A DNA stretch of 64,000 nt from an uncultured Methanoregulaceae archaeon (GCA_963737635.1 CAVTTL010000001.1:864001-928000), one strand, 5' to 3'; positions 32,866 through 44,308 are shown, numbered from the stretch's first letter. Notes: generated by a model from the letters alone, not told the origin. Program-made: numbers and translations.

Positions 32866-33294
32866 TCCCTGACCTCCCTGCTATGTTGTGGAACCGTGGT
32901 ATGCAAACCGCGATGCTGATACCGCTTCTCCGGAACAGCCGGTCTGATAGTAAGGCCATAACACATCAGGTTTGATGATCACAAGGCAGGACTCCCGTCA
33001 TACCCTGTGAATATGATACCCCTTCAGGATGGTGCCATGTCTTGGGATACAAATGTCCCTGCCACGCCGGCCACCCGCCATCAGGACAGTATTACTGCAT
33101 TTTTGTTACATTAAAATTTATCACAATTATTCCGGCGCGGGAAGAATCGCGGACGACCCTAAGAGATCTCAGCATAAATAGAACAGGAGTTTGGATAAAA
33201 ACCGAAGAGATCCGGGAAAGATTTCCCCCTCCTGCCGGTGTAACGCGATGAATTCAATACGATTAATAATGAAAAATCACCATAGTTCCGGTGG

Positions 33295-35207
33295 GTGGAT
33301 ATAAGCGTGCAGCTGTTACTCTTTCTTATCCTGTTTCCCCTGATAACGGCGTTCTTTATGCTTGCGGTGCGCCGGGATGCAGAGCGGGGCTGGATAGTAA
33401 AACTCTCGGCACTGGCAATAGGGGCAGTGACCGTCTTGCTCCTCTTGACCCAGTTTAATCAGGGGACCTTGTATTATGGGTTCGATGCAGAGGCTGTCAA
33501 CCTGTTGATGTTTGTCCTTGAGATGGCGATCACGGTCATCATCCTCGGTTTTGCCATCAGGTTCCGCAATTACCTGGTCATCGCTCTCACTCTTGCCGAG
33601 ACTGCGCTGATCATCTGGTTTGAGTCCGTTGCCACTCCTGCGGTGGCGGTGAAGTCTCCCCTCTTTATCGACCAGTTCTCCATCATCATGGCCCTTATCG
33701 TCGGCATCATCGGGAGCCTGATCTGCGTATATTCCCTCGGGTACATGCGGCATTTCTACCAGCACCATACCGGGATTCCCGACCGGACCAATACCTTCTT
33801 TCTCATTATTTTTGTTTTCATCTCCGCGATGTTCGGGCTGGTCTTTTCTAACAGCCTCATCTGGGTCTTCTTCTTCTGGGAAGTGACCACACTCTGTTCG
33901 TTCCTCCTCATCGGGTTCACTAAAACCGAGGAGGCGACAAAGAACGCGTTTACTGCCCTGTGGATGAACCTTCTCGGCGGCATTGCATTTGCGGCGGCCA
34001 TAGTCTACCTGACGTACCAGCCGGCTGGCATGCTCGGCCTTGATCAGGTTCTTGTCTCCGGAAAGGCACTTGTCCTTATTCCGGCAGCACTGATCGGGTT
34101 TGCCGGCCTTACCAAGGCCGCCCAGATGCCGTTCTCTTCGTGGCTCGTAGGGGCGATGGTAGCACCGACACCCGTCTCGGCCCTGCTCCATTCCAGCACC
34201 ATGGTAAAGGCCGGTGTCTATATTCTTGTCCGGTTCGCGCCGGTCTTCCAGGGAACCACCATAGGATATTCTCTTGCCTTTGTCGGGGCGTTTACCTTTC
34301 TCGTTGCGTCCGGGATCGCGATCTCCCAGACCAACGCCAAACGAGTGCTCGCATACTCTACGATTGCCAATCTTGGTCTCGTGGTAGCGTGCGCGGGGAT
34401 CGGGACGTACGAGCGATCTGGGCCGCGATCCTCCTGATCATCTTCCATGCGATCTCGAAGTCCCTCATGTTCTTGGCCGTGGGAACTGTCGAACACAGGA
34501 TCAAAAGCCGGGAGATTGAGGACATGAACGGGCTTATTGTCCGGATGCCCCGGATCGCCGCGATGATGGTAATCGGGATAGCCGGGATGTTCCTTGCACC
34601 GTTTGGGATGCTCATCTCCAAGTGGGCGGCGATTCAGGCATTCATTGATGCGCCGTTCGGCCTCGTCTTTGTCGTGATCCTGATCTTCGGTAGCGCCCTT
34701 ACCCTCTTTTTCTGGGCGAAATGGATGGGAAAACTCCTTATGATTACGCCGGATACGGAGAACGTTGAGGGTGCTGTTGACAAAAACGAGTGGGTGGCAC
34801 TTGTGTCGCTTTCAGGGCTTACGGCCGTCACCTGCTTTATCTTCCCGGTAATCTCTGCAATACTCATAGAGCCGTTCCTGCTCGCTAATTACGGCAGCAC
34901 CGCCCAGCTTTCTCAGGACAACATCATCATCATGGTAATGATGATGTTTTTAATCGTTCTCCTGCCCCTGAGCATCCTGCTTCCCCACAGGAAACACCGG
35001 AATCTTCCCCCGTATATGGGTGGCATAGTAACGACGCGGGATATGCATTTCCAAAGTTCTCTCGGGGTGAAGACTGAGATGAGACTCTCCAACTATTACG
35101 TGAGCTCATGGTTCGGTGAGGCCAAGCTTGCTATGGCCGGTATCTGCCTCGGCGCAGTCTTTATCGTCATCATGTTTACAGCAGCGGTTACCGGAGGCAT
35201 TTTATGA
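33295..35207 (+). CDS. echA: Ech hydrogenase subunit A (antiporter-like; indel near 34413)
   Basis: FFWEVTTLCSFLLIG, KAAQMPFSSWL..AMVAPTPVSALLHSSTMVKAG, FHAISKSLMF. Confidence 0.92.
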
Positions 35208-36061
35208 TCTCTCTTGCCGGGGCTGTTGTTTTCGTCCTGCTTGCGCCAGTTATTGGTGGCCTTCTCGCAGGTATCGACCGCAAAGTGACTGCTCACATGC
35301 AGGGCAGGGTTGGCCCTTCGATTTTCCAGCCGTTCTACGATGTAGGAAAACTCTTCGAGAAAGAAGGTGCCATGGTGAACGAAACCCAGCGCTTCTATGT
35401 GCTCAGTTATTTTGTGTTTGCCATCTTCGCCGGGGGGCTCTTCTTTTCCGGCGGGAATCTCCTGCTTGTGGTCTTTGCACTCACGCTCGCTGAAGTGTTC
35501 CTGGTTCTCGGAGCTTACGCAGCAAACTCACCGTACAGCCACATTGGCGCGGAACGGGAGCTTATCCAGATCATGGCCTATGAGCCCATGCTCCTTCTTG
35601 CAGCGGTTGCTATGTACGTTGTCACGCGATCGTTCAACGTGAGCGATATCGTCGGATTTCCGGGGTTTCTTGTCGTTCTCCTGCCGGGGGTTTTCCTCGG
35701 TTTTATCTACATACTAACGATCAAGCTGCGCAAATCCCCATTCGATATCTCGACCTCCCATCACGCCCACCAGGAGATCGTTAAAGGGGTGACAATCGAG
35801 TTCTCGGGTCCGAACCTCGGCTTTATCGAAGTGGCACACTGGTACGAAGTGGTTCTCCTGCTTGGTTTTGTCTTCCTGTTCTTTGCGGTTAACTGGCTCG
35901 TTGGTATCATCGCAATCATCATTGTCTATCTGCTCGAACTTATCATAGACAACACCAATGCAAGGGTGAAGTGGCAGCTTGTTGTGAAGAGCTCGTGGGC
36001 GGTTGCCCTTATTTTTGGAGCAGCAAATATCGCGGTTTTATACTTCATCGGGAGAGTCTGA
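35204..36061 (+). CDS. echB: Ech hydrogenase subunit B (NuoH-like)
   Basis: GIDRKVTAHMQGRVGP..QPFYD, KSPFDIS..HQEI. Confidence 0.92.
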   Translation: MISLAGAVVFVLLAPVIGGLLAGIDRKVTAHMQGRVGPSIFQPFYDVGKLFEKEGAMVNETQRFYVLSYFVFAIFAGGLFFSGGNLLLVVFALTLAEVFLVLGAYAANSPYSHIGAERELIQIMAYEPMLLLAAVAMYVVTRSFNVSDIVGFPGFLVVLLPGVFLGFIYILTIKLRKSPFDISTSHHAHQEIVKGVTIEFSGPNLGFIEVAHWYEVVLLLGFVFLFFAVNWLVGIIAIIIVYLLELIIDNTNARVKWQLVVKSSWAVALIFGAANIAVLYFIGRV

Positions 36062-36067
36062 AACATC

Positions 36068-36556
36068 ATGGCATACTTAAAGAAATCACCTTGGATAATC
36101 CACTACGATGCTTCGAGCTGCAATGGCTGTGATATCGAGATTCTCGCCTGCCTTTCCCCCATGTACGATGTGGAACGTTTCGGGATCATCAATACCGGCA
36201 ACCCTAAGCATGCCGATATCTTTGTGGTGACTGGAACGGTCAACGAGCAGAACAAGTACGTGATAAAAAATATCTACGACCAAATGCCTAACCCGAAGGT
36301 TGTGGTGGCGGTAGGCATCTGTGCGACCTCTGCGGGCATTTTCCGGGAATGCTACAATGTCGCCGGGGGAATCGATACGACTATCCCGGTGGACGTCTAC
36401 GTGCCTGGCTGCGCTGCCCGACCTGAGTCCATTATTGATGGGATCGTTACGGCGCTTGGTATTCTTGAGGAGAAGCGGGCGGCTATGGTATTGGGCAGTT
36501 CCCAGAAGCAGCCGGTCCCTGCTGGTGCAGGGGAAAAACCCACGGGAGGTGCGTGA
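36068..36556 (+). CDS. echC: Ech hydrogenase small subunit C
   Basis: SCNGCDIE, NPKHAD, GICA, VPGCAARPE. Confidence 0.93.
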   Translation: MAYLKKSPWIIHYDASSCNGCDIEILACLSPMYDVERFGIINTGNPKHADIFVVTGTVNEQNKYVIKNIYDQMPNPKVVVAVGICATSAGIFRECYNVAGGIDTTIPVDVYVPGCAARPESIIDGIVTALGILEEKRAAMVLGSSQKQPVPAGAGEKPTGGA

Positions 36557-36936
36557 ATGGTCCTTGACCAGCAGACCACCATACCGATCGGCATTGATGA
36601 ACTGGTCTCCCGTACGGCGCAGATGAAAAAGGAGGGATGCCGGCTGGTCCAGATCGGCTGCACGAAGATCGGTGATGACTTCGAGATCAACTATGTGTTC
36701 GACAAGGACTTCGTGCTTACCGACCTGCGTATAACGGTAAAGCAAGACTCGGTCGTACCAAGTGTAAGCAGCGTGTATTTCGGGGCGTTTGTGTACAAAA
36801 TGAGATCCATGACCTGTACGGCATCACGGTCGCCGGGATGAACATCGACTTCGGCGGGCAGTTCTACCGGACAACGATCAAACAACCGTTCACGGTTACC
36901 ATCACCAAGGAGGACACCTCATGTCAAAACAAATAA
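36557..36936 (+). CDS. echD: Ech hydrogenase subunit D (indel near 36797)
   Basis: RLVQIGCT..YVFD; YENEIHDLYGITVAGMNIDFGGQFY recovered after a frame change. Confidence 0.88.
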
Positions 36937-38000
36937 CCGTCCCGTTCGGGCCCCAGCACCCAGTGCTTCCCGAACCAATCCATCTCGACCTTGTGCTCGA
37001 GGATGAGCGGGTAGTGGACGCGATTCCTTCAATCGGGTACGTCCACCGGGGCCTCGAAAAGCTCGTGGAGAAACGGGAATACCCTGAGTACATCTATGTT
37101 GCGGAACGCATCTGCGGGATCTGCAGCTGACATCCACAGCAACACGTATGCGCAGGGCATCGAGCAGATTATGAAAATTGAGGTGCCCGAGCGTGCGCAG
37201 TTCCTCCGGACCATCTGGTCGGAGTACTCGAGGTTGCATTCACACCTCCTCTGGCTTGGGCTTTTTGCAGACTCGATGGGCTTTGAGAGCGTCTTTATGA
37301 ACGCGTGGAAACTCCGGGAGCACATCCTCGATGATCTGGAATCTACCACAGGTGGCCGAGTGATCCAAGGTGTCTGCAAAGTGGGGGGTGTCCGGAGGGA
37401 CATTGCGCCTGAGAAATTGGACGAGATGGTAAAAGGACTCAAAGGGCTGGAGCCTGCGTTCCGCGATCTTACGAGTGTGTTCCTGAACGACGCTTCGGTC
37501 AGCCACCGGCTCAGGGGTATCGGGATACTCCAGAAAGGGGATGCCTACACCCTTGGTGCCGTCGGCCCCACGGCCCGGGGGAGCGGGATCGCAATCGACC
37601 TCCGCCAGACGGGCTATGCGGCGTACGACAGGATCAATTTCAAACCCGTTGTGGAGCATGATGGGGACTGCTATGCCCGGTGTGCGGTGCGGGCAAAGGA
37701 GCTCTTCACATCGGTTGATATCATCGAACAGTGCGCAAAGAAGATCCCCGACGGCCCGATCGAAGTGAAAGTAACCGGCGCCCGGACGGCGAGTACTTCT
37801 CCCGTGCCGAACAGCCCCGTGGTGAAGTCGTCCACTACATCAAGGGGAACGGCAAGAGAAACCTCGTCCGGCACCGGGTGAGAACACCGACATTTACGAA
37901 TCTCCCTCCACTTGTCACGCTCCTCAAAGGTTGTGAGCTTGCCGATGTGCCGGTTATTGTTCTCTCAATCGATCCCTGTGTCGGCTGCGCGGAGAGGTGA
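36921..38000 (+). CDS. echE: Ech [NiFe] hydrogenase large subunit E (indels near 37130 and 37782)
   Basis: GPQHPVLPEP, GYVHRGLE, ERICGIC, EQPRGE, C-terminal IDPCVGCAER with no cleavable extension. Confidence 0.93.
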
Positions 38001-38003
38001 AGC

Positions 38004-38405
38004 ATGACCTACTTTGAGATGACAAAGACCGTGATAAAGAGCCTTTTCTCCCGTCCTGCTACCCTGATGTACCCGGCAAAGCCGGCCAAGAAGACGAGTC
38101 TCACCCGCGGTCATGTGTGCATTGATCCGGAAAAATGCATTGCCTGCGGATCCTGTCAGCGTAAGTGCCCGACACAGGCGATCTGTGTGGTGATGAAGGA
38201 GAAGACCTGGCAGATAGACCGGCTGCGCTGCATCGTCTGCAACTGCTGTGTCGAGGTCTGCCCCACAAAGTGCCTTTCGATGGATACGCAGTATACTGCG
38301 GTTATGACCGTCCATGGTGGATTATACAAGGTGACGGTCGCCGGGCCAAAGAAAAAGGAACCGGCACCGGCAGGTGCTGAAGGCGCTAAACCGGTCAAGG
38401 AATAA
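38004..38405 (+). CDS. echF: Ech hydrogenase ferredoxin subunit F
   Basis: PATLMYP, CIACGSCQRKCP, CIVCNCCVEVCP. Confidence 0.92.
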   Translation: MTYFEMTKTVIKSLFSRPATLMYPAKPAKKTSLTRGHVCIDPEKCIACGSCQRKCPTQAICVVMKEKTWQIDRLRCIVCNCCVEVCPTKCLSMDTQYTAVMTVHGGLYKVTVAGPKKKEPAPAGAEGAKPVKE

Positions 38406-38437
38406 TAATATCGAACCCTTTTTTCAGGTCAATAATT

Positions 38438-40135
38438 TCACGTAAGGCCAAAGAGCATCCGGTATGCCCGGGCAATCTCTGACACACTCCACGCTTGGGC
38501 AATACATCCGTTAGGAAGGAAGGGGTAGTCTCCATCAAATATTTCAGATACATACCCCACTCCGCACTCCTTTAAATGATGGAGAATAGGGACAAGAACC
38601 TGAGCTGCTCTTTCCCGTGGAACCCCGTTCCGGAGAAGTGCCTCGCAGTAATAACCGGTAAGCCATGGCCAGACACACCCGTTATGATAACTACTGTCAC
38701 CGTTATACCGCCCGTGGTATTCCGGATCTGCCGGGGAAAGCGAACGAAGACCATAGGGTGTCAAGAGCAACCGACGGATAGTATTCAACGCGGCTGTGGC
38801 CTGTTTTTGGTCGACAAGACCCAGAGCGATTGCAATTACCTGATTAGGCCGGACTGAAGGATCAACCGGATCGATCACATCATAGAGGCATTTTCGATCC
38901 TCGTTCCAGAAGTGCCGGAATGCTTTCAACGCCGATTCTGAACTGACCGGAGTCCCGATCCCCATTGCCTCCGCTTCCACCAGAGCATGCACCCAGAGAG
39001 CGTTGATCTCGACTGGTTTTCCCTTTCGGGAAGTAAACTCCGTATCCATCCAGGTGCTTTTTGGGACAACGGTGATGAGATCATGATCCAAGGATGCGAC
39101 ATCTGAAGCGGGATACTTCATCAGGATATCCTCGATGACCGGTTTCATTGCCTCTATGAACGGATCATCCCCCCACCGGCTCCTGTACCGGAGGAGGGCC
39201 TGGATAAACCATAACGAGGCATCGCTTGTATGGTAGTTATCAGGAAACCTATTGGGGATCACGCCGTTCCTTCGCATATCGGAAAGTCGCTTGAGCACGG
39301 CCTGAGCTTTCTCTTTCAGGCCGCGATCGATGAGCAGGCCGACGACGCTGATCGTGGAATCCCGCCCCCAGGATTCGCAGAACCAGTGGTACCCCGCGAA
39401 TATTTCGTCGTTGTGGCAGAATGCGTCAGATGCCCATTCCAGCCAGTCAAGATCGTTTTGTGGTGATCGTATCCGTGCCGGATCGGAGTGACGAGACACA
39501 TCTCCTGTACACCGGAATGTAACGGTGGAATCCCGCACATGACCTTGGTAAACCCCTGGGGAATAAAGATCCTCCGAGGATTCGTACCCCCGTTCGTGTT
39601 CCCGCTGGTACCACACATCCCAGTAAGTATCCGGGAGAGGCTTGTAGGGAATATCGCCCTCGAAAGAAAGCCGGCTCCACCGGAAACCACGAGATTCCTG
39701 TATGCACTCCGGTGCAGGATCCCTCATTATTTCATGTACCGATCGATCAGTGATCAGGGGACGGATCCACAGGTCCGCCTCACCGGAAATATCGTACTCT
39801 ATCCTGAGGCCTTCGTCGAAAAGGATCCTTTTTTTGAGAATAACGCCCTCAATCCAGTAGACCCATAAAGGAGGATATGCTGAAAACGCCACAAGGTATC
39901 GGAGTCCCGTAGTGCTAGCATCCCCTTGGTATTGCTGGGCAGAGAGAGGGATTCCGTTTACCCGTTCGTCGAGCCCGGCAAGGAGCAGGCGCCCGTCCCG
40001 GATGAAAAGGCCGTGATATTTTCTGGTATTGGCACTTACCGTCGAGGAAGAATATGCATGATCCGCAGTCATGAGAAATTCAAGCGAACGGGCGATACCG
40101 GGGTCTTGAACCTCCCTCCCGTACTGGAATACCAT
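38438..40135 (-). CDS. Glycogen debranching enzyme, archaeal/amylo-alpha-1,6-glucosidase type
   Basis: NTRKYHGL, AGYHWF..WGRD, TWMD, GKPVEINALW, RPNQ, LLTPYGLRSL, YHNGCVWPW, QAWSVSE. Confidence 0.9.
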   Translation of the reverse strand: MVFQYGREVQDPGIARSLEFLMTADHAYSSSTVSANTRKYHGLFIRDGRLLLAGLDERVNGIPLSAQQYQGDASTTGLRYLVAFSAYPPLWVYWIEGVILKKRILFDEGLRIEYDISGEADLWIRPLITDRSVHEIMRDPAPECIQESRGFRWSRLSFEGDIPYKPLPDTYWDVWYQREHERGYESSEDLYSPGVYQGHVRDSTVTFRCTGDVSRHSDPARIRSPQNDLDWLEWASDAFCHNDEIFAGYHWFCESWGRDSTISVVGLLIDRGLKEKAQAVLKRLSDMRRNGVIPNRFPDNYHTSDASLWFIQALLRYRSRWGDDPFIEAMKPVIEDILMKYPASDVASLDHDLITVVPKSTWMDTEFTSRKGKPVEINALWVHALVEAEAMGIGTPVSSESALKAFRHFWNEDRKCLYDVIDPVDPSVRPNQVIAIALGLVDQKQATAALNTIRRLLLTPYGLRSLSPADPEYHGRYNGDSSYHNGCVWPWLTGYYCEALLRNGVPRERAAQVLVPILHHLKECGVGYVSEIFDGDYPFLPNGCIAQAWSVSEIARAYRMLFGLT

Positions 40136-40154
40136 CAAAATCTCCGTCAGGTAG

Positions 40155-41397
40155 TTAGCTCCCGGAAATTTCCCGGTAGATCCTAAGAGTGTTTTCTGAA
40201 GCAGTTTCCCAGGTAAATTGATCGATAACCCGGGCCCTCCCGTTCTTTCCCATCGTTTCTGCAAGATCGGGATGTTTCAGGATATTGACTACGAATTTTG
40301 CGATATCCTGAGGTTCGTACGGATTAATATGGTACCCGCAAATTCCTTCGCCGTTGGGAATCACCTGCTCCCGGAAACCGGAAGTTCCCCGTGCGCCCAC
40401 AACGACCGGTTTTCCCATAGACATTGCTTCGGTACACACAATGCCAAAAGGCTCGTACTTTGAGGGCAGGACAACGATATCGGCAGCCGCATAATACAAG
40501 ATACGTTCTTCTTCCGGGGCCATCAAAAAATGCAGGATCACATTTTCTTCAAGGTGCAGGTTATGGACCATGTGCGAGAGCATCTGCTCCATGTCGCCTA
40601 CACCCAGAATAACCAGTTTTGCGTGAGGGAACTCTTTGAGGATAGCGGGCATCGCAAGGACGAGCATATCGGCTCCTTTTACCCAGGTGAGCCGGCCGAT
40701 AAAAAAGATCATCGGTGAATCCCCGACACCTATTTTCTCGCGGAACGCCTCGATCTGGCGGGGTGAAAACCGGGAGGGGTCATACTTCTTCTCATCAACG
40801 CCATTGTGAATCACGCGTATTTTATGCTCCGTATATCCGTAACTTACCAGCTCGTCTCTCATGGCATAGCTCTACTGTAACAATGGCGTCAGCAATGGTG
40901 GCCGACTGGCGTTCAATGTCCTTGATGGTCGGGGACCCGACCGGGTTCCTGCCCTGTTCCGTCGAATGGAAATGAAAAACGAACGGTAATCCGAGATTTT
41001 TTCTTGCGGTAATCCCGGCGAGTGCAGCAAGCCAGTCATGAGAAGCTACCAGATCGTAGTGCTGATTCTCCTTAGGAACGAGATAATTGACCAGTTTTGA
41101 CGCTGAAAGCAGATTGTAAAGAAGGGTCTCAGCGAAAAATTCCTGCCCGTTTTCATCCCATGTCCTGACTTCGTTTGGGTTAACAATGGAAATGATATCG
41201 GAAGTCTTCATCAACTTTGGCCGGTGGATATCTATTCCCGGGCGGATCTCCGAAGTAGGATCGTTGCCGGTATTTCGTGAAAAAACAGAAAGGGTATGCC
41301 CTCTGCGGACAAACTGGCGGGAGATCTCATCTGCATATGTCCCGAGCCCTCCCCGGAAAAAAGGAGGATATTCATCGACGAAATACGCAATTTTCAT
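40155..41397 (-). CDS. GT4 glycosyltransferase, glycogen-synthase-like (indel near 40870)
   Basis: EYPPFFRGGLG, HDWL, HSTEQGR, GRLTWVKG, PSKYEPFGIVCTEAM. Confidence 0.88.
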
Positions 41398-42533
41398 GCG
41401 ACCACCCGTGCATACGTCCTGGTCATCTTTTCACCTATCGGGCCCCACAGGAACATCCGGTCAATTTTTTTCCTGCCCTGTTTCCCGAATGCAACCGCTT
41501 GAGAGGGTTTGTTTATGACCGTGTTAATGCCCTCTGCGAGCGCATCCGGTTGGGGTTCCACTTTAACGCCATCAATAAACGAATCGATGTTTTCCGAAAG
41601 ACCGCCTACATCGGATGCAACGACTCCTTTCTTGGCACTCCACGCCTCCAGAAGAACAAGACCGAATGGTTCATTCCTGCTCGGGATTACCACGAGATCG
41701 CAGGCATTGAGGAGACGAATATACTCGGCATCAGGAACATATCCGATGAAATTAACCGGGAGATCCTGCGCACGCTCCACCAGCACCTGACGCATGTCAC
41801 CTTCGCCGGCAACGATGAGTTTTGCGTCCCGGTGGTCCTGGCAGACGGTTTTTATCGCCCCGATAAGCAAGTCAGGGCCTTTCTGGTAAGCCAATCTGCC
41901 GATGAAAAGGATAAGCTGGTCAGATGGTTGAATCCCGTATGACTGCTTTATTTCAGCCGCATTGATCTCAGCATGAAACTGGCGCGGGATCACACCGTTT
42001 GGCACTACGTCGCATTTCCAGTCAGGAACGTTGTAGAGCTGCATGACCTCGTTTTTGAGGGTGGCAGACACGGCGGTTACGCGCTTTGCGATTAACCCCC
42101 CATACCATTCTTTGCCTGAGATCTCCTTAAATTCCCACCAGTCGCCAAAATGGTTGCCGCTTCTCCCGTATTCTGTCGAGTGATACGTCAGGATGGTGTT
42201 CCTGTCCTGCAGGAGATGGAGTGCCTGAACAGGATGCCAGTCGTTAAAATGAAGATAATCGAATTTCCGGCCATTGTCAAACCTGTGGAATTGCTCTACC
42301 ATCCCAAGGCTCATGTCGTTACAATATTCCACGATGTTATCGCCTTCCGGCTGACAGTAGTGATAAGCGACTTTGTTGACTGTTTGATCCGGGATCCAGC
42401 CGCGGGTGAAGAAATGTATCTCGTGATTCTTGGCAAGGGTCTCGGCAAGATGTGTCGCTGCTGGAGCAAGCCCCCCTACGCGTTCAGCATACAGCGATTC
42501 CCAGCAGAAAATGGCGATCTTAAGTGATTCCAA
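41394..42533 (-). CDS. GT4 glycosyltransferase, glycogen-synthase-like
   Basis: WESLYAERVGGLA, HSTEYGR, GRLAYQKG, PSRNEPFGLVLLEAW; TTG start inferred. Confidence 0.88.
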   Translation of the reverse strand: MESLKIAIFCWESLYAERVGGLAPAATHLAETLAKNHEIHFFTRGWIPDQTVNKVAYHYCQPEGDNIVEYCNDMSLGMVEQFHRFDNGRKFDYLHFNDWHPVQALHLLQDRNTILTYHSTEYGRSGNHFGDWWEFKEISGKEWYGGLIAKRVTAVSATLKNEVMQLYNVPDWKCDVVPNGVIPRQFHAEINAAEIKQSYGIQPSDQLILFIGRLAYQKGPDLLIGAIKTVCQDHRDAKLIVAGEGDMRQVLVERAQDLPVNFIGYVPDAEYIRLLNACDLVVIPSRNEPFGLVLLEAWSAKKGVVASDVGGLSENIDSFIDGVKVEPQPDALAEGINTVINKPSQAVAFGKQGRKKIDRMFLWGPIGEKMTRTYARVVA

Positions 42534-42758
42534 AAATAATCCCTCCGTTAAAGAATGAGATTTTTCGGGCCCCCGGCCCTTCCAACAACCGGCGCTTTTG
42601 CAGTGAATCGGTTGGGTTACCAACACAGGATTCTTTTTGCAAAACCGTCTCCTTGTTTTCAGCAAAGGTAACGGTATCCGGGGGAAAATATATACCTTCG
42701 CCTGTTACTTAGGGTTGCAGGGGAATCGTTATCCGGAAAGAAAATGTCATCCAGAGTT

Positions 42759-42788
42759 CGTCAACCTCAAAAATAAATATGGTTGACG
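42759..42788. promoter_or_regulatory. Inverted repeat enclosing the putative ppcA TATA region
   Basis: CGTCAACC-TCAAAAATAAATAT-GGTTGACG. Confidence 0.5.
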
Positions 42789-42833
42789 ATAATTGTTTAT
42801 GCGATACGCTCACGGAAGGCGGAGGATTTTTTC

Positions 42834-44300
42834 ATGGATGACCTGCCCAGAATCCCCAAGTGCATGAGCACCCAGCACCCCGATAATGTCCATGTCCCTT
42901 TTTTTGCTGAATCCTCTGAGTTCGGCGGCGAGGACGAGGTCAGGGAGGCGTATTACGTCTACTCTCACCTCCGCTGCCGGGAGCAGATGTGGGACTGCGA
43001 AGGAAAAGAAGTGGACAACTTCGTAGTAAAGAAACTCCTGACTGCCTATTCCTCCTTCTTCTCGGAGAACAAGCTGGGGCGGGATATATTCCTCACTCTC
43101 CGCGTCCCCAACCCCCAGATCGAGAAAGCCGAAGCCAAGATCCTGCTCGAAACCCTGGAAAGCATCCCCCGGTCCTTTGACAGCGCAAAACACTTCTACG
43201 GGGAAAATATTGCCCCGATCTTCGAAGTGATCCTCCCGATGACCGATTCGCACACGGCAATCGACAACATCTACCAGTATTACGCAGACTTCGTGATCGG
43301 TAAGCAGTACAAGCGGCTCGGCGGCAGGGACACCACCATTGCCGACTGGATTGGGACATTTGCTCCCCAGCACATCAACGTGATCCCGCTCTTTGAAGAC
43401 CGGGCAAGTATGCTTGCTGCCCACACGATCGTAAAACGGTACCTGCTCGATAAGCACCTTCCGTACCAGCGGGTCTTTCTTGCCCGCTCGGACCCGGCTA
43501 TGAACTATGGTCTTGTCAGTGCTGTCCTGCTCAACAAGATCGCCCTCGTTAATCTCCATGCCTTGCAGGAGCGGGCCGGCATCTCGCTTTATCCGATCAT
43601 CGGGGTGGGTTCCGCCCCGTTCCGGGGGAACCTGCGGCCGGATACCGTAGACCGGGTGAGCGCCGAGTACCCCTCAATCCATACGTTCACCATCCAGTCT
43701 GCGTTCAAGTACGACTACCCGCTCGATGCTGTTCAGGCCGCAGTACGCCAGCTCGAGAACCGTGAGGTGGGCTCGCCCTTAGCCGTCGACGAAAAACGCT
43801 GCCAGGAGATCATGGCGAAATATACGCAGACTTACATTAGTGAACTTCACCCGCTTTCAGACATTGTCAACCGGATTGCTGCCTACATCCCAAGCCGGCG
43901 CAAACGCAGGCTCCATATCGGCCTGTTCGGCTATACCCGGAGCACCGGTGGCATTACACTGCCCCGGGCTATCACATTTACCGCTGCCATGTACTCGATC
44001 GGTGTTCCTCCGGAACTGCTTGGCCTGTCCGCGCTGGACCGAGACGACCTTGCCTTCGTGCGGCGGGTGTACGTAAACTTCGACCGGGATCTTCAGGACG
44101 CGATCCGGTATATGAACCCCGGGTCGCCGTACCTCTCGCCCGCCATGAAAGAGGCGGCAGAACGAATCTGCGGCAGCGTGGTCCATGACGGGCATCGTGA
44201 GATTACCGATGCCATACTGCTTGCACTCCGCGAGAACCGGACAAATGACCTCCAGTCCCGGATCCTACAGGCCGCAAATATACGGAAATTTCTGGGATAA
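42834..44300 (+). CDS. ppcA: Archaeal-type phosphoenolpyruvate carboxylase
   Basis: IPKCMSTQHPDN, MWDCEGK, LARSDPAMNYG, GVGSAPFRG, RKRRLHIGLFGY, LPRAITF. Confidence 0.95.
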   Translation: MDDLPRIPKCMSTQHPDNVHVPFFAESSEFGGEDEVREAYYVYSHLRCREQMWDCEGKEVDNFVVKKLLTAYSSFFSENKLGRDIFLTLRVPNPQIEKAEAKILLETLESIPRSFDSAKHFYGENIAPIFEVILPMTDSHTAIDNIYQYYADFVIGKQYKRLGGRDTTIADWIGTFAPQHINVIPLFEDRASMLAAHTIVKRYLLDKHLPYQRVFLARSDPAMNYGLVSAVLLNKIALVNLHALQERAGISLYPIIGVGSAPFRGNLRPDTVDRVSAEYPSIHTFTIQSAFKYDYPLDAVQAAVRQLENREVGSPLAVDEKRCQEIMAKYTQTYISELHPLSDIVNRIAAYIPSRRKRRLHIGLFGYTRSTGGITLPRAITFTAAMYSIGVPPELLGLSALDRDDLAFVRRVYVNFDRDLQDAIRYMNPGSPYLSPAMKEAAERICGSVVHDGHREITDAILLALRENRTNDLQSRILQAANIRKFLG

Positions 44301-44308
44301 TTATCCAA

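Noticed and set aside
32880-33090. Fluoride riboswitch upstream of hppA
   Set aside because: I could not find the GGCGATGG..CGCC / TGATG(A)C core in the correct arrangement on the minus strand.
37110-37145. TGA right after the echE CGICS motif as possible selenocysteine
   Set aside because: Readthrough stays in a non-EchE frame. Removing one A gives CSCIHSNTYAQGIE, so it is an inserted base.
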